DNA of 63,568 nucleotides from Alloascoidea hylecoeti (lineage: Eukaryota), in contig BCKZ01000008.1 in NCBI GenBank assembly GCA_001600815.1, forward strand, positions 744,433 through 808,000, in the 5' to 3' direction. This document shows positions 35,124 through 48,231 of the stretch, piece by piece. Below the pieces are notes generated by a model. The model was not told the DNA's origin. It made no database searches and saw nothing but the letters and a program-made list of their open reading frames with translations. Position 1 is the stretch's first letter. The number at the start of each line of letters is the position of its first letter. Made by a program: the position numbers and the translations under genes.

Positions 35124-37958
35124 ATGTCTGTATATATTCGGTCTTCTCAAGAGGAAGCTACAGAAGAGCTGGATTTTGAGCGAGAGTTAGATGGGCTTAG
35201 TACTCAAGTTGCTTCACGAATAGCGGACGCTAACATCGCTGAAGCCAGAGAAAGTAAAAGAGCAAATTCAGCAAAGGCATTTAGATTGGGGTTTTCATGT
35301 ACTTCCAGCTTCACTAAGCCTTCAACTTCAACTTCAACTGGCTCGCGAATTACAGAGGGTGGTGCGAATCTAACACAAAAGGAAAATAGCGACTATTCGG
35401 AAAGTTCCCCTACTGATATTACCCCAAATAACGCGACTATCAAACCATCAAGTGAATGGGTCGCAACAGATCCAAGCGAGTCAAATATAAAACCCCCAAG
35501 AAAGCGAAGGAAACAAACAGCTAAGAAGTCTGCTGCTATAAGTATCACAAAATTAATGGCAGCAAAATATAAAAATGAAGTAACCGAATTCAAATACAAT
35601 GAGGATTCAGTAGAAGCGGAAAATATGAAATACCAGACAACGATAGCACTGGTTAAAAGTCTCTCTGGTAAAAAATCCAAAGTTTATAAGACAATAAAAC
35701 CACAGCTTAAAAGACAAAAAGAACGGAACAAACAATTATTATTGAAGAAAAAGCAACAACAATCAACGTCAAAATGTTTATACACATTAAAAGAATGGGG
35801 AACTCTTGTGAAAAATATTCAGCTTTACTATCCAAATAGTTCTTCCAAAGAATACAGTCAATCAAAAAAGTACGCAAGTATTCGAAAGTTGAATGAACAT
35901 TGGGAGATAATTTCTTCTGAGAAGAATGAAATGCTAAGCAATGAATGTTACCATTGGTTTGATGCTCAATCCTCCCCGGAACTAGAAGAGAAGGACTTAA
36001 GAACGTTATATGAGATTGATAACTCAAAGCTATGTGATGGTGATAAAATCGAGGAAATATCTTCAAAATTTGATGTACTTAACTATACAAACTCACACTG
36101 GGATAATGAAACTGAAAACGGTTCCAAGAAATTAATGATACCAGCATCTTACTGCCAACTCAATGCAACTGGAATAAGTACAGATCTATTAGGTCAGCAT
36201 TTCGATACTGATGTTGAAGAAATCCCTTCTTCATCGCCGGAACCTTCCCCTTTAACAATTTCAGATGATGGAAGTAGGCTGGATGTACCTGAAAGTGTTC
36301 CTAATAGTGTAAATGGTACACCTATGTTTAACTTTGATGAACCAAATACAATATTAAATACCTACCCTTCTGAATCTATGAGCTTATGGGTAGGAGATGC
36401 GCCAGATTCACCAGTCTTGTCCTCCTCCAGCAAGTCAGAATCTAGAAAACGATTAGAAAATACTAATTTCAAGAATATATCAATCTACAGTATTGAATCC
36501 TCGGTACTTCCTTCTCCACTCCCGTATTTTGAAGACAGTGAAAATGACCAAGAGAAAAAGGTTGCGCTAAATAATAATGAATGTTTCATAAAATCAAGAG
36601 TTTCAACACCAGATTTACTGTTACCGGTTGGAGACCGAATACCAATTGAATCTTCAGTAAACTCCCCAATATTAGGTTCTTCGCCTGTTGATCTGTCTGT
36701 AGAAATTCAAGAAGTCAATGTTACATATCATGATATTGAATCAGGTGGAATTCCTTCATCATCGCCTCTCAGCTCTGGGACTTTGTCCACTCAATTTGGT
36801 AACCCTTCACATGAACCCCAAGATCAATCAAATCATCCCAAGTCTCCGCCGATATCACCGGTAAAATCAAATAAATTAATGGTGACACCAGTCAAAATTG
36901 GAAAATGGGTAAATTGTTCTGAAGGGTTTAAAACCCCTACTAAATCGGTTGAAGCTTTATCACCATTAAATGGTAAAACTCTTAGTGTACTAAAATCATC
37001 AAAAATGCCACTGCCACATCTTCACCTAAATGCCAAATACCGAGATAAAATAATCACGACCATTTCAAGTGATACAGAGGCCACATTCTTAGAATCTGAA
37101 TCCATTCAAAATCCCGGAGAAGACATGACAAGTAAAGAGGTTGGCTCTCCGTTCTTTTTCTTAAAAAATTCGAAATTATTAAACCAACAACCATCTGAAG
37201 TGAGTAACGGTTTTCCCACGTTAGATTTCACCCAGATGTCCAGCAATCCAAGTTCGCCTTCTTTTCTTCAAGAGAAGCCAGGAACTGAGATATTGCCCAA
37301 TCATAAGTCTTCGGCACCAATTTCGACCAAGTTTGAAGTAATTCCAGGTTCCTCTGACGAGGAGGAAGATCTTCTCGGCGAATTAGAAGGCTTTGAAGGT
37401 CTATCTAGAAGTAATGACATTAATAATACCGAAGTTGATCAAGTTCTTCAAAATGCCGACACAACTAATTTCCGCATGCCAGATTTTAGTTCATTCACTA
37501 CACAACATTTACAAAGAAAAATAAGTGAGTTTGGTTTCAAGCCAATTCACGACCGTGATATGATGATAGAATTGTTAAAGCGGTGTCATTCTTCAATTAA
37601 CAATAGCCAAAAGCTAGTAGCACTAAAAAGTCAATCACAAAATTTAGCAGAAAATACTAAACAAAATGGTATAATAGTGCCGGAGCATAATAATTTGGTT
37701 GATATCGATCCTAAAGTGGTCCCTAATTATAATATTGTGGATGCACAATCTGTCAGACATAAACTATTGGAACGAATAACAGAATCTGTACAACAATCAA
37801 ATATTCTTATGAATCAAATACTGTGCTATTGCCCATTATTCATTGAGGATCTGATCTCATACTTAGTAAGTAAATCTATTAATGTGGAATATGAAGTTGT
37901 AAAGGACTGGTGTGATCAAAATAGCGTTTGCTTCATAACTAGATCTGAGGGTTCTTAA
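35124..37958 (+). CDS. SLX4: Structure-specific endonuclease scaffold
   Basis: Ser-rich disordered body; SAP-like PDFSSFTTQHLQRKISEFGFKP; C-terminal CCD ILCYCPL..VKDWCDQNSVCF. ACGCGAAA at 34970 in the promoter shared with RLF2. Confidence 0.85.
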   Translation: MSVYIRSSQEEATEELDFERELDGLSTQVASRIADANIAEARESKRANSAKAFRLGFSCTSSFTKPSTSTSTGSRITEGGANLTQKENSDYSESSPTDITPNNATIKPSSEWVATDPSESNIKPPRKRRKQTAKKSAAISITKLMAAKYKNEVTEFKYNEDSVEAENMKYQTTIALVKSLSGKKSKVYKTIKPQLKRQKERNKQLLLKKKQQQSTSKCLYTLKEWGTLVKNIQLYYPNSSSKEYSQSKKYASIRKLNEHWEIISSEKNEMLSNECYHWFDAQSSPELEEKDLRTLYEIDNSKLCDGDKIEEISSKFDVLNYTNSHWDNETENGSKKLMIPASYCQLNATGISTDLLGQHFDTDVEEIPSSSPEPSPLTISDDGSRLDVPESVPNSVNGTPMFNFDEPNTILNTYPSESMSLWVGDAPDSPVLSSSSKSESRKRLENTNFKNISIYSIESSVLPSPLPYFEDSENDQEKKVALNNNECFIKSRVSTPDLLLPVGDRIPIESSVNSPILGSSPVDLSVEIQEVNVTYHDIESGGIPSSSPLSSGTLSTQFGNPSHEPQDQSNHPKSPPISPVKSNKLMVTPVKIGKWVNCSEGFKTPTKSVEALSPLNGKTLSVLKSSKMPLPHLHLNAKYRDKIITTISSDTEATFLESESIQNPGEDMTSKEVGSPFFFLKNSKLLNQQPSEVSNGFPTLDFTQMSSNPSSPSFLQEKPGTEILPNHKSSAPISTKFEVIPGSSDEEEDLLGELEGFEGLSRSNDINNTEVDQVLQNADTTNFRMPDFSSFTTQHLQRKISEFGFKPIHDRDMMIELLKRCHSSINNSQKLVALKSQSQNLAENTKQNGIIVPEHNNLVDIDPKVVPNYNIVDAQSVRHKLLERITESVQQSNILMNQILCYCPLFIEDLISYLVSKSINVEYEVVKDWCDQNSVCFITRSEGS

Positions 37959-38473
37959 TCTCATTGTCACATCCATATGAGCTCGAGCTCGAGGTTTGTG
38001 TATTATTGTATTTACGGGTAAATAAATTTGTATTTTCAGAAACTATATCCTGTTGTATCTAAATATTAACTGTTACAGTATTTTTATATCATTTTGAAAT
38101 TGAAAGACTAATTATGTTCTATAATATTATTTAATACTGGGTGAATGTGAAAGAGTCGAAGATCTATCTTTCAAGCAGTTTAACCAAACGTTAACGTTAT
38201 ACAATTGCAAAAATATATAAAAAGGTGTAGTATGTACATGTATATATATATGTATGACTGAGATGGTCAGTTAACAGATATAGAATAAACAAAATACACA
38301 ATTGTTTAAAATCGAAAATCCAGCATAAAGATATGATTTATCTCTGAACATGAGTGATATTTATAAATTTATACACCATTAGAAATGTTCCTATAGTTAA
38401 CGCCAACAAGTTATTGCTAGTATATTGGCATATCTTTTATCGATATATCTAAGGCTTATAAGGTGACAGGTAA

Positions 38474-39519
38474 ATGAGCAATTTCCGGGAACCAAGTGCC
38501 GAAAAGACATCAATATTTCTTTCTCAAATTTTACAATCACAATTAAAAAAACAATTTGTAATGAGTGATATAGATCAAAATTATCCAAAGAAACTCAAAG
38601 TTCAATCAACCACATTTCCTGCTCCAATTTCTTCTCATGCCCATATTATATTAATAATTTTGGTATTTATTGCTGGTATTCTCAATTGTATGAGTCTTAC
38701 GGTCATAACTGTCCCTTTCAATTACAATTGGGAGAATAGAGAGTTAACAGATCCCAATTACTGTAATCTCTCTGGTCTCAGTAAATTCTCAGAGTATTAC
38801 ATGACAACGCAACTTATGACAATAGTAATGATGTGTTCAAAGGCGATAAATCTGATATTAAGACCTCATGAAAAACTTGCAGCTAGATTTACACTATCGT
38901 TATTCATTCTAAATGCTGCCTTGATGGTAATATATTCATTCTGGCTTACGGAAGCCCCAACAGAACTTTTTGTGGACGTACCTAGAAATATTAATGATAT
39001 TAATGATACCTGTGGATTCAAATCTACTACTAGTAGTTGGTTTGAACGAATTAGAGTGTTATCAGTATTATTCATTTTTGGAAATAATGCCATGCTTACC
39101 CATATAGCAGATCGTCTCATGAATGTATTCGGGTCAATAATTCATATGGGAATCTGTCTACTTGGAGTCCTTGCCGGTGCACTAATCAGCCCATGGTTGG
39201 CCTCTTTCTATGGTGTTTTTGGTTTATTGTATTTTCTAGGTAACTATAAAAATTTGAATAAAATCATCTAATTATACACAAACTAACATTTCTTTCTGTC
39301 ATTCTTCCATTACTTATTGCTATATGTTTCAATCATGTGCCACTTGAAATCTGGAACCGTAAGAATGGAAATAAATCTACAAATGAAGGTTCAGACTTGA
39401 ATAGCAATTGCAACTTTTCATCACACGATTCCTGCATGGATAATGAAAAGAAAATTGTAGTAAGTGATATTGAAAGCCAATTACAAAGCCTGGAACCCGT
39501 AATAAACCAGATCAAATAA
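38474..39519 (+). CDS. Hypothetical multi-pass membrane protein with a probable frameshift near 39250
   Basis: About five hydrophobic segments in 38474-39271. Another frame continues NHLIIHKLTFLSVILPLLIAICFNHVPLEIW into ORF 39337-39519. Confidence 0.5.
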
Positions 39520-40199
39520 AAGGTTATTAGAACTATGCTAAAATAAACGTTTATAATTAACTTGAAAATTAGAAAATATTTTATTTACGGAAAACATACT
39601 AAAAGAAATATTGATTAATATTCCCCAAAATATATTTTCAGAATTGTAGTTATTGATATCGTTAGTTTCATTAGTATCAAAATAATCACTTCAATAACTA
39701 TCAAATTCGTAATCTAGTTTGAATTTATGACTTCTTTCTCGGAAGCAAAAAAGTAATAAAATCATGCAAAGATCATAACTAAATTGTCTTGGGTACATCT
39801 GGGCACCTCGCATTCGTCTCGATGCATGACATATCTGAAATCAAATGTGCTCGTATCGAATTGCGCCAAAAGGTTTGCTCGGGCTCGCGAGTGCTACTAG
39901 ATAGCAGATTTATATGACACATTAGATTTAAAATTTTTAATCTTAAGCTTATTTTTCACTATACCTAATTGAAATTTAAGGTTCTCATAATTACTTAATT
40001 GGAGAAATCAATTTTCTGCTTCAACAAATTATGAATTAATTATCCCATTGGGGTAGTTCTTTTATAGCTGATTCCCTTCAATTTTGATTCACTAAAGTAA
40101 AAACTATTTACTATAAAAATTACTTCAATATTCATCAGAACAGAAAATATAAGAGCAAGATAACTTCTACTGTGAATTATAGGCTTCAACCCCATTTTA

Positions 40200-41950
40200 A
40201 AAACAAAATGCAACACTAGCTTTGTAGTTGAATCTATTATAGTTTCGTAATATAACTTTTGATTTATACTGCTTAATTGGGCAGTTTGTTCGTTTAGATT
40301 GATGTACTTCGGATTGATAAACGCGTAATTGCGCTAAAACTCTTGGAAAACATATCTTATAAGTATATTATATCTTTATAGTACTTCTATAAAATGTGGG
40401 AATTCCTCAATATAAACCAGAGAATCCACAAAAACAACTAAACTATAAAAACACGATATCATACACGATATCTCCAACACTCCTTCCAATTGTTAACTTC
40501 AATATAATTAGATTGATAACAGTTTATCCTTCAACAATAAGAATTCACCTTTAGGAATAGGTTTAGTAAAATAATCACTTAAGTTAATTCTCCCATCAAT
40601 TTTAAGTAGATTTTCTTTCCATGATTCTAACTCTTCTTTGGATTTTGATTCCATATTGAATCTCCTTCTTAAAACCTTTACTTTGTTATCTAACATCTTT
40701 GTCCTCATTTTGTAATTCTTTATTCCAGTGATCCGGTGAATTACTGGCATATTATTATCCTCGAGAATGTTTATCTCAACTTTTTTAAATAATCCCATGA
40801 TATTTGTCTTTAACTTGTCTAGTTTATCCATTGATAAATCTAATGAGCAAAGTTCAGTTTCTGAACTACTTTTAACGTCAATGTGCTATATGATAATAGA
40901 TAATATTGTTCAATAACAATAATGCTCCTAATGTGCTGTATCTGTCATCTCTATCATTTGCATGGTATGTATCAATATAAAAATCGAATTTTGCAATACC
41001 AGCAATGAAGTTAAGAGATTTTGTGATTTTCAAGTCATTTTGTATTGAAGCTGCTGTAGTAGATTTAATAAAGTGTTTGAGTTTTCACTCAACGACATAT
41101 TAGATTATATTTTCCTCTTCTTTTCTACTTAGGAAATCTGTATCATATATATAACTATGTAAATCAATGGTGTGATCAAAGAATGGCCTTCACCATATAT
41201 AACTAAACAATTAAAACTCATATAATAACAAAAATATAACTTATTTAATAAACTAATCACTCCACTAACTAACAACCCAATATTTTGTTTTGTATTAAGT
41301 AGAAATCTTCCTTTATGTATTAACATCTCTGATGTTTCCTTTGTTGCATAATCAGTATATCTACTGATATAATTGCAAATATATACTATATCATATCTGT
41401 AAGCATTTGATATATATATATTATCATCCCTAAAATCCTTCTATAATCAAAATTGATCTTTGTTGTCAATATCTCCTTTTTTAAGAAATTATTTGGCTGA
41501 CTTGGTATTATTGTATTAATCACCTTCTTATCATCTACCATTATGTTCAATTCCAACGCGAGTTCATCTATTGCATTCTCTTTTCATCTCCAATCTAATT
41601 TCCATTTTAATTCAAATTGTAACAACTCTTGAAATTCCATCAAGTCAATTTTTGATTTAGCAATATCGTCAACATAAAGTCCTATAGCAAGATAATTATA
41701 TAGATGGAGATATTATTCCAAACCATTTGTGCACTTGCTTACATAAGCCACCTTCCAATAACTATATATAATTGGTCTAACGATATCAATTCAATATAAA
41801 ATCACATATGCATGCAACATTTAAATAATGCCAATTTTAAATTCTACTTTTCTAAAAATGTTGGAGCTTAGGAGTTTCAATATATAAAATTATGATATTG
41901 ATCTTCCAATTTTCCTTATTTTTGTAAATTAATGTTGACTTATGATTGTA
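40200..41950 (-). mobile_element. Degenerate Ty1/copia retrotransposon 3' part (RT-RNase H, PPT, LTR start)
   Basis: AIGLYVDDI (~41660-41690); RNase H DFYIDTYHAND..YST, EDN and NLSDYFTKP; PPT GGAAGGAG then TGTTGG LTR start at 40479. Distal LTR end not identifiable. Confidence 0.85.
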
Positions 41951-42399
41951 ATAAATTACATCCACGTTCTATATTCATTTTTTGGTGTTTAAAGTATTTA
42001 ACACATTTTCATACATGCTATATCTATTCAAAAACTCTCACTCATAAGTAATATATTCCGTAAAATATTCGAAGAATGCGAATACCATATCAAAATAGTG
42101 TAAACTAGCTTCCTCATGGTGGTAGGTGGTTAAATAAGCTGCCGAATCCGGAAATAACATCATCCATGCAGCTAACTCGTATCTTTTACGCTTTGTTTTG
42201 TTTTCAAGCCAAACACCTCAAAAAAAAAAAAAAAAGGCAATATTATAACCAGCTACTTCACAAGGCTTTAAACTGTTTTTAAATTAATGTTCCGTAGATA
42301 CTGAATACTATATTAGTATAGGTATAATTATAAAATGACATTTTAAATTTAGTTACTGTTAGCGCCGTTAAAGGTAGTGCTATAAACGGCAATCTACGA

Positions 42400-43330
42400 G
42401 ACTTTAAGTTAATCCGCTTATCAATGAATATTTTGAAAGAGACTTTTAAGAATAAAACATTTTTACATTATGTGGAAGGCTCATAATCGTAATTTTGGCC
42501 ATGTGGTATACTTTTTAAATTTTTGAGGAGAGAGATTATCAATTGAATTGAAGTTCGGCGAGAAAAGCTGCAAGCACGAAGCCTCTATCTTCTCACAAAA
42601 CCAATTCATCCTGGCTCCAGATTTATGGATATATCTGTTATTTTGAATGAATATGAGACACTCGGGAGGTTCATTAAAAGGCTCCTCTAGAAGTTTCATG
42701 TAGGAACGTACGGTGGCTCCTTTTCTTCCGATCCACTGGATACAGTGAAGCACGACCTCCTTTCCTAATGTCATCCCATACCTTAAGACTTACAAATCCA
42801 CACTTCCTTATATTATATATACATATATATAATTTTAACGTTCAAAGGCCTTTTGTGATTGTTGTGGGACATATACTTTCCCTGAACCGGTATAATTAAT
42901 TTACTACCGAACATGCAACATCGTCCCAAACTTCCTAAGGCCACTCAGATCTATCTTTAGATCATATTTTTCCGTTTCGTTGACCTTCTAGATCTCATTT
43001 GGATAAGACCTTTCACGTGTTGAAATTGTTCTATATCCACGTAGGTTTTTAGGGTGGTCTTTGAACTTTGAAGCCTTTCAAACGCATTCAAGGATAAAGC
43101 TTTTAAGATCCTCGGAATTTAATTTATTTCCCTTTCAACAGGGTTTTTGGGGGTTTCTAATTCGAGTAGTTGGCTTAAAAGAAGAGTTTGTTGGCATCTT
43201 CATGGTGGACCGCACAATGTTGAACCTTCTACCTATTTCGGAAATTGAAACACCATGCATATGGTTCACTCAGAGTGCAGATTTCAATTGCAACCGATTA
43301 GTTTTGGTGGCAATTTCTTAAACCATGGAA
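42400..43330 (-). mobile_element. Degenerate Tc1/mariner transposase relic
   Basis: HGVSISEIGRRFNIVRST (HTH); WDDVACS; FIQNNRYIH..WF..FSPNFNSIDNL (degenerate QDNA..H / SPDLNPIEN). Confidence 0.75.
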
Positions 43331-44962
43331 ATTCACAAAAGTAGGTAAAGGGGCAATCAATATAGTATTTATAGAATTCCTTTTCAGAAAGGCAGGTTTA
43401 ATGATATTCGATGGTCAGGCATTAAAATTTTAAAAATAGGTGATGGACTTCAAGTTTTCAAATGAGAATTGTTTTGTTTTCTTTGTTACGTCGAAATCAG
43501 TAGTTCCTTTTCCGGAATATAAGATATGATATTATATAATTAGATCAAATTACATATTCAACTGGAATTTAAATTTCAAAGCCATTGTTTAAAAAGTTGA
43601 AATTAGTAATAGAAGGATTACAATTAATTGTTATAGCCGGAATCTATAGTTTCCAATTGCCAATTTAAATTAAACAATTAAACAATAAATATTTATAAAT
43701 AGCTATTATTCAGCTCAATAGAAATTATAATTAATTTGAGGTAGTCATCTGATTACCTATTTCAGGTATGCTATGACTTTATTTCAATATAAAGTTTATC
43801 CGGCATAACGATTTTCGAAACCTTCTTTTCAATTTATAATTAAATATAAACGTTAAAAACGTATGATCTACCAAACTAAATTAAATCTACCTTAAATCTT
43901 TAACCTTAAACCTTAACTATAATTTTTGACACATTTGATAAAATAACAGAAAACAAATTTAAATGTTTGTTTGAAATGATAATTTTTCTATGAATGAAAC
44001 GGATCCATTTCAATATTATGATTAGTAATTACAAAACTAAAGATCTCAATCTTCCATCTTTATAAAAATTTTAAGAATGAATCATGGAAAATTCCATAAT
44101 CTATAATTTATACTAAATTGGAGAATAATTGGGAAATTAGTATACATGAAAAATGAACTAAAACTATATCGGTATACTTAAATTTGTTAGTTTTGAAGTA
44201 CTTCAATTAATTAAATATAGAACCTACCTAATTTAGATTTAAAAAAAAAAAGACAAATAAAAAATTTTAAATAAAAAAAAAAAGAGTTTTAAGTCATCAT
44301 TTGATCATAACAAAAAACAGAAAAAGTAATATGTTATAATATTCTATATCGAATCCTAGAATTAATTAATAAGAAATTAATGTATTAATTATGATATATA
44401 TAAACCATGCTTGAAAATGTCACAGAAAAATTCAAATTCAAAATCAAGTTCAAAAAAAAAAAAAAAAAAAAGACAAAATCTTAATTGAAAGAATGTAACA
44501 AAAAAGTAAAAAAAAAAAAAAAAAAAAAATTATAGAACAAAAATTAAACCAATATAAATTATATATTTTTCATGTATGTGTATGTTATTGTATATAAATG
44601 TGTATGATTAATTGATAAATTATGATAAATGTGAAAGATATTTAGAAAAAGAATTATATATATTAATGTTTAAATAAATAAATAAGAAAAGAAAAAATTC
44701 TATTCATAATTTCATAATCATATTAAATCACATTTTTTAATAATTATCATCTTTTTAAATATAATCAATCAAAGTAGAGAAAGTATAAAAGAAAAAAGAA
44801 ATGGACATGGAGATAGAGACAGAGACAGAGACGGCGATGGCGATGAAGAAAAGGTGAGGGCAGAGATAAATTTTGATACATTCTTATTTTTATTTCAATT
44901 CAATTAAATTCATTTTATTTTAAATTAATTTATAAGTATTTTTATAATAATGATAAATGAAA

Positions 44963-45020
44963 TTAAGCAGCCCCAACACCAGATGCAGAAACTAAAACAG
45001 CTTGATTCATACCTATTTGC

Positions 45021-45063
<43 letters not shown>

Positions 45064-46330
45064 GATTATTTTGACCATGCATATAATTATTCCCATGCTG
45101 TTGTTGTTGATTACCATGCTGTTGTTGATGATGATGTTGTTGTTGTTGTTGATAATGATAATTTTTATTATTTTGAAATGATGATGGAGTATACCTTTTT
45201 TTAGGAGCAAATTCCATTGGATTCATCATAACAATCTCATCTCTAACTGAACCATTACGACTATTACGACGTGTTCGTGTAGCAGAATTTTGTTGTTGTG
45301 TAACACTTAAATTTAAACCAAGACCTTGAGAATCATTATAATTATTATTTAGCTTTGGAATTGAAGGATATGAAGACATTGTAGTTGTACGCCTTTGTTG
45401 TATACTTGTATTAGAAGATGGAGGTATGAAAGAATTTGGAATATGAGTTTTTCTTTTATTTTTAATACTAGTTCTTGGTTCAAATTCTAAAAATGAATCA
45501 TCGGTAATATTTGAAGCATTTGGGATTTTTTTTAATTTTTTAGATAAAAATTGTTGAGATATATGATTATTGTTATTATTATTATTATTATAATGATTAG
45601 CCATATTTGGATTTAGATTTAGATTTGGATTTGGACTGGTTGAAGGTTTCCATGGTTGAGATTCAAACATATCTTGTGGCAATGGAGAAGTCATTGCAGA
45701 AGAATAAGGACCTTCTAATTTTGTCAAGTCTTGTTCAGGTAAGATTACAGGATGTAACGAAGCTCTTGAGGGTTTTGAATTTAACATTCTTGGTGGAGGG
45801 GGTTGTTGTGAATAATACTGTTGTTTTTTCACAGGAGGATTACCTGAATTTGGATTTGAAAGTAAAACTGGAGGCTTATCTTCATTTGTATTTGTATTTG
45901 TATCACAGTTAATCCTGTTAGAACCATGTGAACGAAGCTGGTCATAGGCGAGTTGTGTCTCATTTAGATAAGGGATAGCTGCGGAAACGCCGGAAGAGTC
46001 GGGATTGGCCGTAGAAATGGCCGTGGCAGGAGTTTCTGGAGAAACGATGATGTGAACCTTTTCGTTTATCTCAGTGATGTTATCGTCGTCATAATGCGAA
46101 GACAGAGAAGTTGACGGAGACGGGGCAGAAGAAATGGTGGAGGTGCTTGTGACCGGTGTCTTCGTGGAGGTGTACGAGAAACCAACGAGCTGTGGAGTTG
46201 GAGAGCCGTCCGAAGCCACCTGGGTCTGGGTCTGGGTCTGGGTCTGGGTCTGGGTCTGGGTCTGTCCGAGGGCTGAGGCCAGGTTGGGTAACTGGGACTT
46301 ACGCTTGAAGAAGTTTGGCTTGAAGATCAT
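44963..46330 (-). CDS. Low-complexity S/T/P- and Q/N-rich hypothetical protein (455 aa)
   Basis: Long ATG ORF with (QT)n, polyN and polyQ; no recognisable domain. Confidence 0.65.
46220..46264 (+). repeat. (CTGGGT)7 hexamer tandem repeat
   Basis: Visible directly; encodes QTQTQT on the minus strand. Confidence 0.9.
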
Positions 46331-46485
46331 AACGAGGCTTTACTTTCAGAGGACTAGAGATTACAAGTAGTTTGAGATAAAACAACGAAGAGGAAGAAAA
46401 GAAATCTGATATGATTATTAAATTTATGAAGACACTCAATTCGAAGCTGAAATTTTCTTGTTTTTCCATCTTAATTTTCTTTTTT

Positions 46486-47223
46486 TCACTTTAGTTGCGG
46501 ATTCGGCCCCGTTTGGGTCCCGGACGCTGCGGACTCACGCGCCTTCCCGCCTGTTTCATCTATGCCGGCTCCGTATGTGTTCGGCTTCTCGTCGATTTGG
46601 TACATGTACATCGAGCTTTCCCGGAAATCCCGCTCCTGCTGCCTCTGCTGTTTCTGGATTCCCGTTGCAGGTTCGGAGTCCTCGGCAACCAGCAGTGGCA
46701 ACGACCGCGCACTCAGCCGGTTCGGATACCGGACGGACGGCTCACGTGCCAGGCTCTGGGCGAACGACGCCAGCGATTCCTGTTCGGTGACACCTTTGAA
46801 GCAGTTGGCTGCCGACGAATGAGAGTTGTTGTCGCTTTCTGAGTTGGAATTGGAGTTTTCACTGGCACTGCCTCTGGTGCTATTGATGTGCGCATGTCTG
46901 GGAGGATGCTCGATTTCTGTGCTTGATCCCGACGCCGTATTCACATGTTCTTCCAGTTTGTCTTCTTTTATCATGTTCCCACTAGTGCAGTATGGGCTGC
47001 TTAAATCAACATCTTCGTTGTTATAATTCGTATTCTCAACATCATATTCTGCTTCTTCTTTGAACCGCCTTTTGCTACGGTATAAAAGATATAAAAGCCC
47101 AATGATTGCTACCGCGGCTGGTAAGCCAACTGATAATCCAACCGCTAATCCTGTCGAATCTCTTTTGGCAAGTTTTATTGTGTCATGGATATTAATATTA
47201 ACCCCTTTATGTGTTCGTGACAT
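46486..47223 (-). CDS. Single-pass membrane protein, Skg1/Aim20/Skg6-like
   Basis: KR..STGLAVGLSVGLPAAVAIIGLLYLLY then RSKRRFKEE and an acidic juxtamembrane segment. Confidence 0.65.
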   Translation of the reverse strand: MSRTHKGVNINIHDTIKLAKRDSTGLAVGLSVGLPAAVAIIGLLYLLYRSKRRFKEEAEYDVENTNYNNEDVDLSSPYCTSGNMIKEDKLEEHVNTASGSSTEIEHPPRHAHINSTRGSASENSNSNSESDNNSHSSAANCFKGVTEQESLASFAQSLAREPSVRYPNRLSARSLPLLVAEDSEPATGIQKQQRQQERDFRESSMYMYQIDEKPNTYGAGIDETGGKARESAASGTQTGPNPQLK

Positions 47224-48231
47224 GATTTTTGGTGTGTTGTGTTGTGTTGATGTTGGAATGTTTGTTGTAATCTCTAGCTTGTTGTCTCACCTTATCCGAA
47301 AATAGATCTTAACAAAGCCAAATATACCAAACTAAACGATTGTGATTGGAATATTAATAGGAATTAATTGACTTAAAAATCAAAGCGTTGAAAGAGGGAG
47401 AAAAGAGAGAAAACGAAGGATTGTCGATTTTTTCAATATTTTTGTGAAAATTCCTTTTGATGTTGGTCGGTTTAAATTAAAGAAAAGAATTTAAATACCT
47501 TTGAAATTCAAAGAAGAAGTGTTTAATCGTTTCCTATATATCCGATCAATACGATACCGTATAAATTTAAATATGATTTCCTGGTAGCTAATTAATAATT
47601 AATTAATAATAATCTATGATGTTGTTTGTAATAAGTTGTGAAGAAAAAAACAATGAGATTATTTCTTTTTGTTTATCAATACTAAAGAGTTGCTTTTTAC
47701 TTTCGAGAGTGCTCTTTTGTTTTTAACCTTTTGCTTTTATTTTAGTGTTGCTTTAAAGTTAGTTAATATATTGCTTTAATGCTATATTTGTATTTTTATG
47801 TCAAACGTAAAAATGTTAAAATGTAAAATAAAATTCATGATCAAACTATAGATTCAAATTATAGACAAAAATTCAAACAGAATTCAATTTGCAATGATAT
47901 CAGGGGGTTAAAAATAGTAAAATTACAAGGATTCAGAATGTCAATAATCATCCATCTTATGTAAAAATAAGCTTATATTTAAACTACTCCAATGAGGTTA
48001 TCGATATCTTCCTTTCTTTTCTCATCCAATCATTTTTTATATACGTCATCCCAAACGCCAAGTTTAAACTGTAACTTTCTTAAACTGACGTTGAGATGGG
48101 ATGGACGCGTAATTTTCATACCTATACCGCGTATATGTAGTCACAGCTACACTGTCATGTGATGTGAATAAATTAATTTACTGATAAACTTCCATCATCA
48201 TCATCATCATCAATATTCATAATTTATCAAA

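Noticed and set aside
46458..47305. Several + strand ORFs in the GC island
   Set aside because: Antisense to the Skg-like gene; expected from stop-poor GC-rich DNA.
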